From positions 3,895,227 to 3,959,226 of the forward strand of contig CM082579.2 of NCBI GenBank assembly GCA_040954595.2: a stretch of DNA of 64,000 bases, written 5' to 3'. The translations under genes were made by a program, and so were the position numbers. Shown here piece after piece: positions 12,401-27,400 of the stretch (positions within the stretch are counted from its first letter, which is position 1; every line of letters begins with the position of its first letter). The notes under the pieces are model-generated. The model was not told the origin of the DNA. It saw only the letters and a program-made list of their open reading frames with translations, and searched no databases. The stretch is from Balanoglossus misakiensis. Its lineage: Eukaryota > Animalia > Hemichordata.

Positions 12401-15400
12401 CACAAAGATTACAGATGGCCACATTGGCGCACCCACATCCAATCTACAAGTCAACTGGACTACTTCCATGAGGACAAGACAAAACACAGATTGTAATTAT
12501 GTAGAGAAGTAAAAGACATGAAAATGAACATTGAACATACATGTATCACATATTATATGTATGTACACCGAATCTAATACATGTATACACATATATGAAC
12601 ATACCAGGACTGGGAATATCAAAACGAGGGATTCCTTCATTTGGAGCTATATATAAATGACATCAACATGAATGAGTTATTTACATGCGCCCACATGATG
12701 CCACTGTTGCCCTGACAACACGAACTGGTGGTCTTTGAATCCGTAACTGTTCTTAAAATCCTCAGTTGGTGGGTTAGTTACAAATAACAGCTAAAGCACA
12801 TGAAGGTGAAATCCAGAATTTCAATGGATTGCAGTACAAACAAAAATACATCCACGGTGATTTTTTCCCACCACCATCTGTTGTCTTTTCAGCTTTGGGC
12901 ATCCGTGAAACACAGCAGTGGTCTGTGCGTGACATTCTGTTCCGGAGTACACCTACTGGTGTTCATCTAAACATTTGTGGCATTGACATACATGTAGTTT
13001 CACAGGCCGATCATATCTGATTCTGAAGAAGAAGAGGATCTCCAACAAACAAGAACAAGAATGCTACTGGACTTACTGCTGGTCACTCCAAATTCCTTCC
13101 CGCTCAGGATGTGATGCAGCAGACATTTCATCTCGTACGGACTGAGATTCATCAAATGTTCATAGGCCTCCTCAGCTGTAGGTAAAAAGAGTTTGAAACG
13201 TCACTCAGGATGATATAACATCACGTTGAAATGTTGTCAGTGGGCATCATCATCATCTTTATGTGTAACAAACGACACATTGTAGTGCCACCCCACCACC
13301 CCCCCCCCCACCCCACAAGATTTAAGCCACGTCACTTACCAGAGCATTCCAGAGTCCTGGCCAATTCTGATGCCATGACTTGGATGATGAGGCCTACACG
13401 GAGACGCAGCATTTCATGGAAAAGTTCCGGCTCTGTTTTGATGAACGCGGCCAAGTAGAACAGGATCTCCTGGAAACAAGCAAATGGAAGGATCAGAGTT
13501 AAATGAAGAAGTTACGGCTGCTATCATGACACAAAGTACGCAAATGGTTGAATTCAATGACCCCAGTAAAACCCGAAAGCTAACACACAGTGCCATGGGG
13601 CCACAGTGCCCTACATTATAAGTATAGCTGGGAGGACTGACTGTACCTGTGTCAACACAGCCGTGCTGCTGTCTTCCCCGCACGCATCGTAGATGATGCA
13701 CTTGAGTTTGTCCGGCGGCAGAGGCGCGGTGATGACCTTCTCCCTGGGTTCCGGCGGCATGCCGACGGTCAGCTGCTTCTGTCGGACGAGAAGATCGGTG
13801 GCGGCCTGCGCCAGGTCCTCTACCCGCTTGCCCAGCATTCCGGCCGTGTGTCGCACGATGGACCAGTGTTTCAGGTGGCCGGCCTGCAATTGATAGATGC
13901 AATCGTCAGAGACAATGCAAGATGCATGTCACTATGGAAACCCAGCCAGAGGTTGTGCAGGTGTCCCCACCAATCAGATCCGTGCAGTACGTTTCTCAGA
14001 ATAGTGATAGGTTTATCGGGATTCATGAGAAGATGTTATGGTATGGGGAGGGGGAAAGGAAGAAGCCTTTAACTTTTCTCCCCTTATTCCAAATGGAATG
14101 GTCCGAACTGTGCTTTGCTGTCATACATAGGACCATTCTAAAGTCACAGGAATTCAGGGGTGAAAATTTAAATAAGTTCCGTCACCATTGGAATCCACAT
14201 CACTCCAGTAGCATCAGAAATCACCTGATGGAAAGACTTCATTAGTTCACACAGCAGTTTCATAAATAGCGAAGTTAAATTTAAAAGAAAAACAAGTGCA
14301 TTTAAACACAACAATACACACAGCAAAGATTATAGCTCCAATATCTGATTGACAGCGGTACAAACAAAGCTGGGAATGAAAACACTGGAAACGATGCCAA
14401 ACAATCGTGGCCGGACCAAGCCACAGTGGCAACAGGGTGGGACAACCAACAGTGAATTTCCGAGACACTACAGCTTTGCTTGTAACTTATTACCAAAGGT
14501 TATTGTTTTTGCCTTTGGTAATAACATGGTTACTCATTCATCTGGCTGCGTCGTCCATGTTGGAAAGGTCCCTGTAAAGAGTGGAGTTTGATTTCTCATG
14601 CAGGTTAGATTATTTGACGGAGATGCAAAAGCCATTCCAGAATTGTGGAGCGAAAGCTGTGGAAAGATATCGTGTTATATATTTTTTTAGGCAAAACAAG
14701 ACAGGTCGTGTGCTGGGGTGTCAATTCTGCTAAAATGCCAACCAGCAGAGAGCAGCCACTGAAAAACAATAGAGGCTTTTTTAATAATGAATTACCTGTC
14801 GTCTGCTGCTGTCTCGAGCGGCCTGTAGTTGATGTCACAAGAAATAACCACCGTTAAAAGACACATGCAGCGACACTATGATGCGGATTTAACCCTTTCA
14901 CCACCATAGTTCGCTCCATTGTTTTGTATGGTCGAGTTGGACCTCTATAGAGGCAACTGGAGGTGAAAGGGTTAAAATACCCAGAGGCCCATGCAGAATG
15001 CTGTATGGTGGAAAGATTTTCAGTATAAAAAGATGCAAAATCCTTCACTCTTAGTACCCGTTTTAGGGGGGACCCCTGCATGTCATAGGTCAACAGGGAG
15101 TTCAGGGTTCAAAGGTTATAAAATTTGCAATGCCAATAAACCTAGATGCCATCTGCAATCAACTCTATCAGCTGTTGTTTACATGCAGCCAAACAAAACA
15201 CGGACACATACGAGTATTCAACGAGTCGATAAAACAACACGATGTGTCATAATTATTTCAACCCAAAACACAGAATAAAAGAACCTCAGAAATGGCATAA
15301 AATAACTAGAAATCACCAACAATGAGACATGCATGAAGCTGAAATAAATTACACAGCTGTGTTAAATAACTGATTAACATGCAAAAGCTGTGCTTTTTTC

Positions 15401-18400
15401 ATTATAATATACCTCGTAAGTCACATATGAAAAACACAACAAAACAACAACTTAAGTGATCTAGTAGGTATTATCACACACTGGCACTTTTGAGATCAAA
15501 GCCGATCTTGTCCCTGCAGACCACACAGGACCACATTCATGTATTTTGGCAAACACAGAAGTGCAAAACTAGGCAAGATTCATGCCAACACTCACCTTGT
15601 AATAGAGTTCAATCAACAAGCTCTCCACAGTGCTGCCGGGTTCCCCTGTAATCTCTGTGTCCCACTTTGCACCCCTGCAAAAAAACAACAACAACAACAA
15701 CACACTTACTATTTGATTTTACGCATGAAATAGTGACAACTGATATTTTTTGCTGAGAGACCACACAGAAGACTGTATTGGGTGCAGTGTAATTATTCAC
15801 AAGTGTTTTGTTGAGGAAAAATTACTACCCATTACGACCAGTCGAGGGCTGCAAATTAACAATGCTATTTTGATAATGAAAAACAACTCACTGTGTGCAG
15901 AACAAATAATGCACGATGTCGGCCTGATCAGTCAACGACGTTGTCTCCTTGAGTTGTTCCACCAGACTTGCACACTCCACTCCTTTGTACATGTCCAAAA
16001 CGCTCTGGTCGTCACTCCAGCTTGGTCGTCCTTGACCGTCCAACTCTGGCGACACCGGACCGGCGGACGATTTCCGACGCCTCAATCTCGGCGACTGTGT
16101 GGGCGACCATGATCCCGGTGTTGGTATTTTAATATCTGTTCATTTTTTTATCGGGGGTGAACATTTCGATTAGTACGGTATATGGTACGAATCACAAACA
16201 GCAACTCAAACATACTACAGTAATACCACGGCAAAGATGATGGGTTTCGAGATACATAGTAAAATTAACGATGATTCTGAGTAATAATTTTTTATGGTAT
16301 GAAAATACAATGTACATGTACATGAATACAACATCATGTTCTCCAGCGAAAACAAAGGCAATATGTACTGTCCAAGCATATACACACTTTCAGAAATTCT
16401 GCGAATACTTTTATCAGGAGTGCTGTATTCCTTACAGCATATAAAACAATCTCAAATCAGATTTACGCACAGATCAAATGTGACACTGTCTGATGGTATT
16501 TTTTTAACATCCATATTTACATCTTCATGTGCCCTCTTCATACTACTGCCTAACCCGTAAATTTATTTAAATAAAAGCCACCTATAAACACCTTCACCCC
16601 ACCACCTTTCCCACCAAAAGTTCGCCCCTGATGCTACCGTCCGATTCTCAGAAAGGAGAGACACTCTATGAAAACATGCGGTGCAGGGCTCAGCCAAGTT
16701 CGGAAATAAATGCTGACATGCAGCAGAGCACCAGTGTCCCCTCTATACTTCTCGCTTTCCCTTTCACTTAATTTCTTTGGTAAATCTCAACAAGGTGGCA
16801 AGTCCCTACAGATTCAGTGACTGATGTAATTCTCTTAATTAAAGTCAGTGCGCATTCTACAGGATAGAGACAAGACTTCAGATTGAACTTCATCCCAAAC
16901 GAAAGACTTAGTAGAGAGCATTCACACAGGTTTATTCAGAATTTAGTAGTAATGGAACTTTCAGCTACCATATCGGTTATTGTTTGAGGTCATAGGTCAT
17001 TCGGCATTATTACAGTATTCCTTGGCGTACATGTATACTACTTCTTTCCCATGCCACCATTTTGTTCAATATGTCTACTCAAACTTGGGCAACCTGTTGA
17101 CCTTCCCAATATGGCCGCCAAAGCAGTTAATGTACATGAGAAAAATAACGCAGACAGAAAGTCTTGAAGTAAAGAAACACACAAAAACCAAGAAGATGCA
17201 GAATCTAGCTTTCCTGACTTAGTCTTCTTTTCACTCTAAATCGGGTTTTTTTTTCTCAGAAGCTACACCTTGCCTGAGAAGAACACTTTTAGTACTTTCT
17301 TTTTACTATATGCCATCTACTAAAAAAAAGTGCAATAAAGTAGAAGTGGAAGAGGTCTGGATAGTTCTATGTACATAATTATCCTATTAATTACAGAAAG
17401 AAGACGGGTTATATTGAGTGATGATGGCTAGATGAATATGATCAACATTTAAAAGACAACATGATGACATTATACACGTATCACAGAGAATCTTACAGAA
17501 AAAAAGTAAAGGTGTACGGTGCTACAGAAGTATACGATAGATGAAATGTTAATTAGAACAGCAGAGATATACTGACAACACTGATTTTTAAAATTATAGC
17601 AGACATCCAGAACAGCTTAATTTCCATTGATCCTTCAAGTCAGAATGTTTCTCCTATACCTTGTTCATTTCCTTTACTCTAAGTGGTCACTATTATAGCT
17701 AGGGGGGTTTCTTGTCGGAAGTGCAGTGGGAAGGTGGATTGAGAGGGGGGGAGAGGGGGTTAAAGTTGTCCTGATGTGGCCTTTGTCTAGCTGTCATGAT
17801 CTGTAATTCTGTACCCCTCAACAGTTTTCCATGTGTGTTGTGTGACCGGCTAGCACTGTTTCGAACCATAACTGACTTTGTTCCTTCCACGTTTTCGCAA
17901 CATTGGGTATTCTTGGACACATAACGGTTTGGGTTTGGGGTTCAGGGTGGCTGCCAGGATGGTGTTTGTGCTAGTAGAACTTTACAAAGCAAACTAAGTG
18001 TATGAATGAACCAACAGAAAAGAACCACCATAAAGACACAGAAAACTAATCTATCAAATGTGCCACAATTAACTTGCAAACTGGAAATTTCACTGCCCGC
18101 ACTTCACTAAAACAACTACACGTCGAAGCCTCTTTTGGAACTCACTGAAATTCACTGAAGGTTCAAGTTATAAAGACGCCTGGCGAACGATGAAAACCCC
18201 CTAGCTAGCTCTCACAAACGCAAGATACTTATCACGCTATTCATTAAACAAGGTGGTGGAACTGGTGAAAAATTAATAATCTAACACTCTCCTATAGCCG
18301 TTAAACAACATCTAATATATTTGTACCTGTGTTTGTCTCAGCCATGTCTAAGTGAACTGATCTAGTACGTTGGATTATGCCGTGAACTGAGCTCTTGCGC

Positions 18401-21400
18401 CGCCTGATGGGAGGCCTCGGACTCGGACTGGCCTCAAACGATGTCTCGAACGTGTCAAGGGTCGGCAGATTTGGCTTGGGACAGGTCGGGAAGAGCAGAG
18501 TATCCAGATACCTGGATATCTCATCTCCGCCTGCATTGAGATCAGATGTAGACAACGTCACACGTAAGAGAGAGAAATCCATTTCTCACCATGCTAATAT
18601 CACATCTAAGTCCACAACAACCGAGAGGTGTTAGGATTTTTAGTAGAGAGTTAAACACTATCAGAAGAAAACCATGAATACAACAGAGATTAATTCAGAA
18701 CACAGGCTACTCTAAGCAGAACTGAATGAGGTTAGATGATTTGTTACCGTCTTTCTGAGGTGTAAAAACAGAGCACCTCTTAGACTGATTTATACTAATG
18801 TAAAATTGTTGGTTACATGTTTATTCCGTGAATGGTATTCAGATTGACTGTGAATTTTACGTGAAGTCTACCATTTATATGACACTTCTAGATGATTCTG
18901 TTAAATGTTACTGTGACAGTGGTTTTTTTTAGATTAAAAACTACACCATTAACATGCCCATATTGTGCAAAAAAAGGAAAGACGAGTTCATGGCAGGAAG
19001 CTCGGCCAGAACAGTGAAAAACATATTGGTATCTCTTTACTTTTTTACATTGTGACAGTTGGAAAAAAATTGCCTATTATTTTTAAAGGTAGCAGCACTC
19101 TTCCTAGAAAAAGCCTGTGGCTGCTGTTTTTCTGACTGTGCTTTTCAAAATCATGCTTCCAACTGCATTTTGTGCTTCAGATTCTTTTTTGAAAGCTACA
19201 GCTGAGGGCAATCCCACACATTTCCAGAAAATGAGGTGGGAATGGTTCAAAGTGAGCATGGCGTGATATGATATTAGAGGGTTGACCTTTGACATGAGTG
19301 GGTGACCTTTGACATGGGTAGTCCACAACCAAGGTGCTATATCTATCTACCCCTGCTACTCACATTGGATGATATCCACTACGAACGCAATGCACAGCGA
19401 GGCAAGGATACAAAGGAAGAAACACATTGCTATCATTAACTCTACAACTACTCAAAGCAATGAAATATGTAGGGCAACTAGTAATAAAACTAAACAGTAA
19501 CAAACTGTCGTGCAAAAAATAAAAGAGGATGTGCATGCAGCTGGAATTTATCACAGAGAGCTCTACTTCTAAGAACGTAAAACCATTGCAAGTGAGCTAA
19601 GTCACACTAGCGGGCGAACAATTTGAGAGGAAAAATGATGCTGTAAAAATCCTGAAAAGTACATGCACATGCTCATGTGTGCTGAGAGTGCATCTAAATA
19701 AAACAAGCAAAACCACCGCCTGTGCATGGAAATGTGATGAAACACAAGTAAAGGACATCCCTGATTGTGAAACAGACAACATATGTCAAACAGAAATGCT
19801 GCATGATCGAATGTAATGTGACATAAAATGACATGATGTAATCAACACACAGAGATTATATGATGAACACATAAACTGCTCTAGGTATTAGGTAGAAGTT
19901 TATTAATAATGCTACAGTATAATTGTAGTTTAATTAATTAATAAAAAATTCGCAATCCAACACTGAGACCTGTTCCTGGAAATCTGCCAACAGTACAAAA
20001 CATGCATTTCACATTTGACAAATCTTTAGGTTTTTTTTCTTGAATAACAGAGTCAGTTTTTATTGACATTGAAACACAGTGCAGACAACATGCATGCAAA
20101 TCAACATACATGTATGTGAACACACAGCATTTTTTTTTCAAAGTTTCGATTTAAGCTCCGCACACAGAAAGCATCAAGACTCTGTCTGGCTATGCATCCA
20201 ATGTACACATATCATCTCCCATCGAGTGGACCGTACTTTGGACGACGACTCAAAAACAAGCCTCAGTGTATCATACGAACACCAGCACAAAAAAAACTCC
20301 AGCTCAAGTAATTTATGTTAGTGGTTTGCTTAAAGAAACACCAATACACTATTTAATAAAACCTTGAGTACAAAAGCAGAGAGACCTGGCACGCCATCTT
20401 GCAAGCAAGGCTTTCTGCATTCACCTAATCCGTCAAACTATTTACATTCAACCATGGTCTCTAGCAAGATGATCTCAAACACACTCTTTTCTCTACAAAG
20501 GGTGTATCAACAGAAATCCGTGTACACACACTGTGCTGAAGCTCATGTACAGCTTGTTAATTTCATAGGCTACGCTTGGTGATTTCATAGGCTACATACA
20601 TAGGCTTGTCTATTTTATAGGTTATGCTTGTTGAATTCATAGGCAAGGCTTGGTGATTTTTAAACCTAGGCTTCAGCCAAACAGCCGTGTTCTTACCTTT
20701 ACGTCGGTTTTAAACAACAACTCAAATGGTTGAACATAGCCTCACAAACATTCACACATCCAAAACAAATCACTTTTGACTATTTTCAGACAATGGGGAG
20801 GAGATGACCATTGGGTCTTGTTTCTCATAATTAATGACATTGTCATCAGTAGGGCATCTAAAATTAATTCTAGGTAAACTTCAAATTTGGTCCATATGGA
20901 TTGTGTTTAAGTGCTTCGCAATTGTCAACACAGTCAGAATGAAAGCTCAGTGTATAAACATTACCAAAGTTGACAGGTGTGGTTTTTTTCCCCCTTCAAG
21001 CACAATATGCACACAAGTGCATACAGGGACACAGACAGACAGACAGACACACACACACACACACTCATACTGTACAATGTAACTTTAATAAAACAGCGTA
21101 CAAACCATGTTCATCCCGATCTTCAGGGGATCCTTCTAAGAAGGTCAGACGACAGAAACAAGAAGTACTTAGGAAATCTTGCAATTTGCCAAGTTTCACT
21201 CTCACACCATTGGTGTAGCCAGTCTGCAGTTTACGTATCGTCGACGCCACAGCGGCCTGTAGATTCATTTCCTTATCTGAAATGAAAAAAAAAAAAAAAT
21301 AAGGACCCCGGTATCAAATATTTCTTGTGTTCATCTTGCAGTTCGCACACAATCATTGGCGAATACATTACACACATTGTAATTGGAAAAGGTGTTCGGT

Positions 21401-24400
21401 ATAAACAGGTTTCCAGATCAGAAAAAGATTGGTTTAGACAAGTTTTACTGTACCTGACACAAGAACAGAATGAAGTAAAAAAATCAGTCTTACCTAACAT
21501 ACTGTGAGTAATTGTCATAGTAAGAGTGGGTCGGCCAAGCTCATTCCAGTTGTACCTGAGATAGGCAAGGTCGGTCTTGAACATGTCAACTAACAGATCA
21601 TTGTCCAATGCTAAGTAAAACTGGTGCTGGTCTAAAAACTGGGGTGTAAATACAAAGATCTGATCGTGGAGTACGTAGAGCTTGGAGGTGCTCAGCAGAC
21701 CAATGTCTTGGGATGGACGGCCTGACAGACCCAGTCTCTTGTTCTTGCCTGCAAAGAGAGAGAAAGAAGCATTTGAAGTATGTGGACAGCTCCCCCTAAC
21801 AGTCTGGGTAAGGGTTAGGGATAGGTTTAGGGCAAGTGTTCAATGGGTAAATGCACTCTCTATCCCTCCCCTCTATGGAGAATTTCTAGGATTTTTTTGT
21901 GGACTGTGATACGTACCAAGTTGAGAATAGAGGTGAATCAGGGCTCTTGCCGGATGAACCTGGATAGGAGCTACCTGTGCTATAGTCTCTACATGGATAT
22001 CTTGCTTTTTCAGTGCCTGCTTTACTGTGTGATCTTCTGCTAGAATAGCAACTGTGAATAAAAGAAATAATATTAATCAAAGCACAATTCACCATGGAAA
22101 TCAAACATCAAATGCAAGGTGAAGCACAATCGATTACCTTGTACGACCAAATCTGGTTTGGGCTCTGTGCAGCAGCGTCTGTTCAGAGGGTCAAGCTCTC
22201 CCACTTGCAAGAAATTCTCCTGCAGCAAACAGCTCAAGATATAGAGAGATGTGCCCCACATCTGGGGGATCTTGCCACCTGGAATGCGTTCCTGGCTGTG
22301 CGGGTCTCTGTACTCAGCATCCACCTGGAATGAGTTCAGGGCAGAGAGAGAGTTTTTGTTAAGGTACTATGCACCTTGGGGACAGATTTTCATAAAAATG
22401 ATAGCCCTCCAGACTGTCCAATTCTTTGCTATGTTAGTGTGGGGAGTCTTTCTGATAGCAAGGAAGAAAACTGGGTGTTCACCATCTTGTTTTCATGAAA
22501 ATCAGTAATTCAAATTTTCTCCATAGACTAAACACAGAGATTGGAGGCCATTTTGAATTTCGAATTTGAGACAATTTTGGCTGTCATTCAAATTTTTGCT
22601 CAGTGACTGCATTACCTTGTCAGCTGGCACATAGTACAACTCTGGCACAACTTTGTGACCGTCCTCGGTGGTCAGCAGGATCTCGTTCAGCGCGTCGCGG
22701 TACTCCGACGCCATCTCCCTGTTGTTGTGGAAGATCCCGTCGATCAAGAGGTAACACCAGAACACCGGCCATTCGCACTCCAGGTGCTCAAACACTTTCA
22801 GCTCGTGCGGCTCGTAGTAGAGCCTGCCAGGGTCCTGAAAATGAGAGGATTATCAAATCAGTCCACACTGACTCCTCATTGACTTTATCTAATGTTTTCT
22901 GAATTTCTGAATTTGTGTCCCCATGCGATACCAGGTTGGTGTGCGCCTGCCTTCATAAACTGGTGTCAAACGAACATTACTGAGTAATGGACGGTGTATA
23001 ATAACATGAGGTGTGCATGAAGATATCAAACCACTGCATACTTCACTGTATTATTTGTGATAATGTTATTATTATACATCTGACATGCTTAATATGCAAC
23101 ACCTGTTCACAAAATTTTCCTCTTAATATCAGATGCCAGTGTGCTCGCAGTCAGCCATCTGAATAGTACAGTCACCTATCCTGATGAGACATCACTTGGC
23201 AATATGCCACCTGGGCCATACCATTTGATGGAGATGTAGCAGATTGACTAGAGAGGGGAGCATCTGTTCTCACCCTGCTGATGTCAATTTTGGGTGCCTA
23301 CCAAAAAAAAGGTCAGGTTCTCACCTCTTTGACCGTCTTGTAGCCGTCTCTGAGAAATCGACAACAGCCGTATCTGCCCTGCAGCTTCTGTAACACAGCC
23401 TGTTGCGTCTGCCGCACCTTGTCCATGTCGTCCACAGCAAACGCTGGGAAGCTGATGACACTGAGCAAGCCAGCGTCAATTTCCTGAAAGGAATATGAGA
23501 AAACATGGAGATGGGCTGTGGATTTTGCAAAAATTCCTGCAGAATATCTAACCTCTAGCGAGTTCTCAAAAGTTTACAGAAAACTCTTTTTTTTGTACCA
23601 TAGTCCATACCTTTGATTTGGATTCTCTTGGTAACATTGACATCAAAACAGCTGCACATTTGGCAGTTTCATCAGGTAAGACATGAATGACCGACGCCGG
23701 CCCACCACGAGCACCAAATAGATTAAGGTCACTCAAAGCTTCCAAAGCTGCCTGTGTTAGCAAAAAAAGAAAATTGTTGTTTTTGTTGACAATATTTTCT
23801 CATATAAAGGACAATGACATCATACTTGATGCACAAACTGGAACCCACTTTGAAATTTTTCATAGCACTGATTTTTTGAAAAATCAACTAATAAGATGAC
23901 CCTCATTCAAAATACACAACACATAAGAATTACACGAGAGGTTATATTCTGAGAATATTCATGAAATACCAATGTGTGTACCATCTCTTGAGTTGTTCTG
24001 CTTACTTATTAGAATTACATGAAACTTGTGTACGTCAGAGCCCTATCACCACTGCATGCAAATATAACGTTTTCCTGCGTCACTGAGAATTACCAGTGAG
24101 GGCCATTTTGACCCAGACAGTACAATCTTAAGCAATGACAGATCTCATTAAGATCACAAATAACCTGATAACTGCTCTTTAGGTCTCTTAAAACTCTACA
24201 TTCCCTTACCTTTGCCATTCCTATTGAACTAGCGTTTAATTCTGGAATGCCTTTATTCGTTTTATCTCCTCTTTCCCAAATACCAAAATCCTGGAGAGAG
24301 AAAAAAATTTTTTTTTTTCCTTATAGCAATTTCTAACCATTGTCAAATACAGACTTGCAACAAAAAAGAACTCGACGAGTCAGACAGTTTTAAGATCTAA

Positions 24401-27400
24401 TCTGGGGTCATTATTGAATACTTCTCTAGTCTCAGGCTGTCAGTGGCAGTACATGCATCAACATTCAGGCAACAAATCAGGATTATTTTATGTCAACACA
24501 ATCAGTTGGTTGGCTCTACTCCAATTGGCATCAATATTTAAACAGAAACAGGATGAGAACATGCCATATACAATGTACTTACAGCTATTCTATACGCCGA
24601 TTCAATGTAAAATACCATATTTTGAATAAAATCTACTTCGTCCAATGTAAAAATAATTTGCAGACCTACAAATGAGAGAATATGAAATAAATGTATTACT
24701 ACAAGAGTCTAAATATTCTCTAATGTGAGTAAGGCTAGTTCACTTTAATGTAATCAAAGGTTTGCTGTCTGTTTTGCACAGAAAAAAATACAGCAAACAC
24801 TGCAAAAAGAACCATTTTTTTCCAATTTTGTGGGTGAAAAAACACATGCGGTATAGAACTGGAATTGATAGTTTATCAGGATCATGGCTTCATGCAGGTA
24901 TCGAATCAATCTTCATAAAACATGTGATATCGATGTCCAACTCTGGGAAATGACAAATGTTCTGGCAATAGTTCATATTTTACCTAAATTGCCTTTTTAT
25001 GTCTGATCGAATTTGATTTCACAGACAACATGCAGAGAGAAGTCATCGCATGATAATTGATGTGTTAAAAAGCTGCCTCAGCAAATACAGACACTCAATT
25101 TTAATCAACTCCCACGCCAGCCCTGATGAGTTTTATATGTTGATAAAAAATACAATTCTCTAATCCATCAAGTTGGACTCATGAAATTCAAATAGGACAA
25201 CGAGATGTATTCTCATCCAATTCGTTTAAACCATCGAGGCATCATCTGCATTACCATGGCAACAAGGTCTGGCTACAGCATTGTCATGCCAATGCAATTA
25301 AATGTCTGCCAGAACTTGGTGGCAGTATACATACAATTGACCGTGTCCTAGATATTAAGCCTCTCATGAACTCTCAATTTAGAGCATGGACCTTACAAGG
25401 CTACGCGCTTGAACAGAGAGTAAGGTCACAGTATCTGGTCAAACGAAATCAATTGGCCATTTAAACTGAGAGTACATCAAATTCTTGGGGGCATTGAACT
25501 CTGACATTTCCATTTCTGTATGTTACCACGGATGAACTAAATAACTATCATTCTGCCATTTTCTGTACTCTATTTTTTTCTCGCTTCTCTCCCTTGGGAA
25601 CAGTGGCTGGTAAACGCAATTACAACTGTACATGTATTTCTTGCTCTGGAACCTGGGGCTATAATTTTTTGCCCCCTTTCTCCCCATTGCATTATCGAAG
25701 TTCTCTAAGCTCTGCTGGATTTAGATGCACTATCTGGCCTATCTGAAATATTCATGATGAAAAGACTGCATACACTATAATCCAACCTAAAAAAATCTTT
25801 CAATCGTTCTACATTTCTGTTACAGGAGCCATCACTTATCTGTTTTTAAAATTACGTTTCCACGGTGACTAAATTCATTGCAACTATTTGAAAACAAAAC
25901 ACTTCAAATAGAGTATGATCCAAATATCTTTTGTCAGAGACACTGCCTGCATAATAAATGACACCAAGCTATTTCAATGACATCAGTGAGGTCATCCATT
26001 ATGCAAGAACACAAACATGTCGATTCAGATCTCCACAACCTAGGAATCTCCACTGCTAAATTTATGAGGATCCTAATGCTTCAAGTTACATTTTATGTGC
26101 ACACACAAATGTATCTGTCACTTCCAGTATGTTTGAAGAAATTGTTTAGTTAGGGTTTGTCTTTTGATGTTCCAGAGTGATCACGCCAGCTATGTCACGT
26201 TCCAGCGCCCATGCCCAGCAGCAATCAGATCAATATGGTATTTCAATTTCACTGCCTTTGTGCTATTAAATCTCAGAGTACAACCGATGCTGGAATCTGA
26301 TAGCCAAAATTTCAACACGACCGAAAAATTACAGTACGGTACACTTAATGCATGTAAGATAAGCTGCCAAATTAATCTCAGTCTGTTGAGCAGTAATTAG
26401 TTTTTCAAAATGGTACAGCAAGTTTTCTGCAACTATTTCAATTTACAAAACATTTCTTCCAGTACATGTGCAAGCTTACGATGCTGGTTACATGAGTTGC
26501 TCATGTTATGCTGATGTAATTCTTTGAAACTGTTTCGGTCATGGCGCCACGACAGAAACACACGTACCTGACGCCGTCATCTGCGCTAGCATCAGCATGT
26601 ACAAGGAGGTAGCGTCAATTTGTAAATGTCCCCACTCGTAGTCTCCCACCACCGCGTCACCGGTGTGTATGGCATACTTGGCGTGTAGTGCGTCTTTGGG
26701 GTTCTGCGAGGACTTGAAGCGTTCCACTTTGTGAACCTGCAAAGATTGAAACGGAGAGACCTGCATCAGACAAAATTTCTACAATACCGGTAATTGTCAT
26801 TTTAAGTTAGTATGGGTGATCACCATTACACTGAAGAATAAGGACTGAAGGACTCACCTGTTTCATCATGGCACCCAACAGACCCCTCATCAGCTTAACC
26901 ACGCTCTGGTGAAGACAAACACAGAAAATTACGATCAAAAATGAAACTTGGTTCTCACAAATTCACAAATACATGTAGAGATGGCACTTTGCTGGTAAAG
27001 ATGTCATACAATAAAATCAGTCCTACCATTGAGTCTCTGACAACATTATTTTTTTTATTGTTAACTGCCACAGTTTGGTTGATCACATTGTTCTTACATG
27101 TTTGGAAAACATGCAAGAACATCAATCATAAAAAATGTTTATCTAAGCACTATACACACGACATTAAATATATTAAAATTATAGCAACGTTCAGCTTGAC
27201 CTCTGCTGAACTTTCAGGGAAGCTAACACAAACAGAGAATGGCCTTGATATCTGGCAACAGCCACACGTAGGATTATGACGAGTTTATCAGTTACTTCCG
27301 CTCTTACTTACAACCTCAATGGGGTTTCCATGACGACTAATTCCGTCGGTCACGTCATTCCCTGTTGGTTTTTTTTTATTTTAATAGTCCCATGATCTGG

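Noticed and set aside
17659-17980. Exon-like segment in a PHKA intron
   Set aside because: Stop codons interrupt the frame compatible with the flanking exons.
21783-21840. Telomere-like GGGTTAGGG patch (similar at about 11010-11170)
   Set aside because: Too short and degenerate to classify; probably eroded repeat fragments.
21990-22020. Suspected homopolymer frameshift in a PHKA exon
   Set aside because: A recount of the T run gives an intact frame (LKKQDIHVE).
25123-25190. CTGATGAG...GAAA hammerhead-like core (a similar CTGACGAG at 46-80)
   Set aside because: No proper stem II closing onto GAAA, and no stems I/III.
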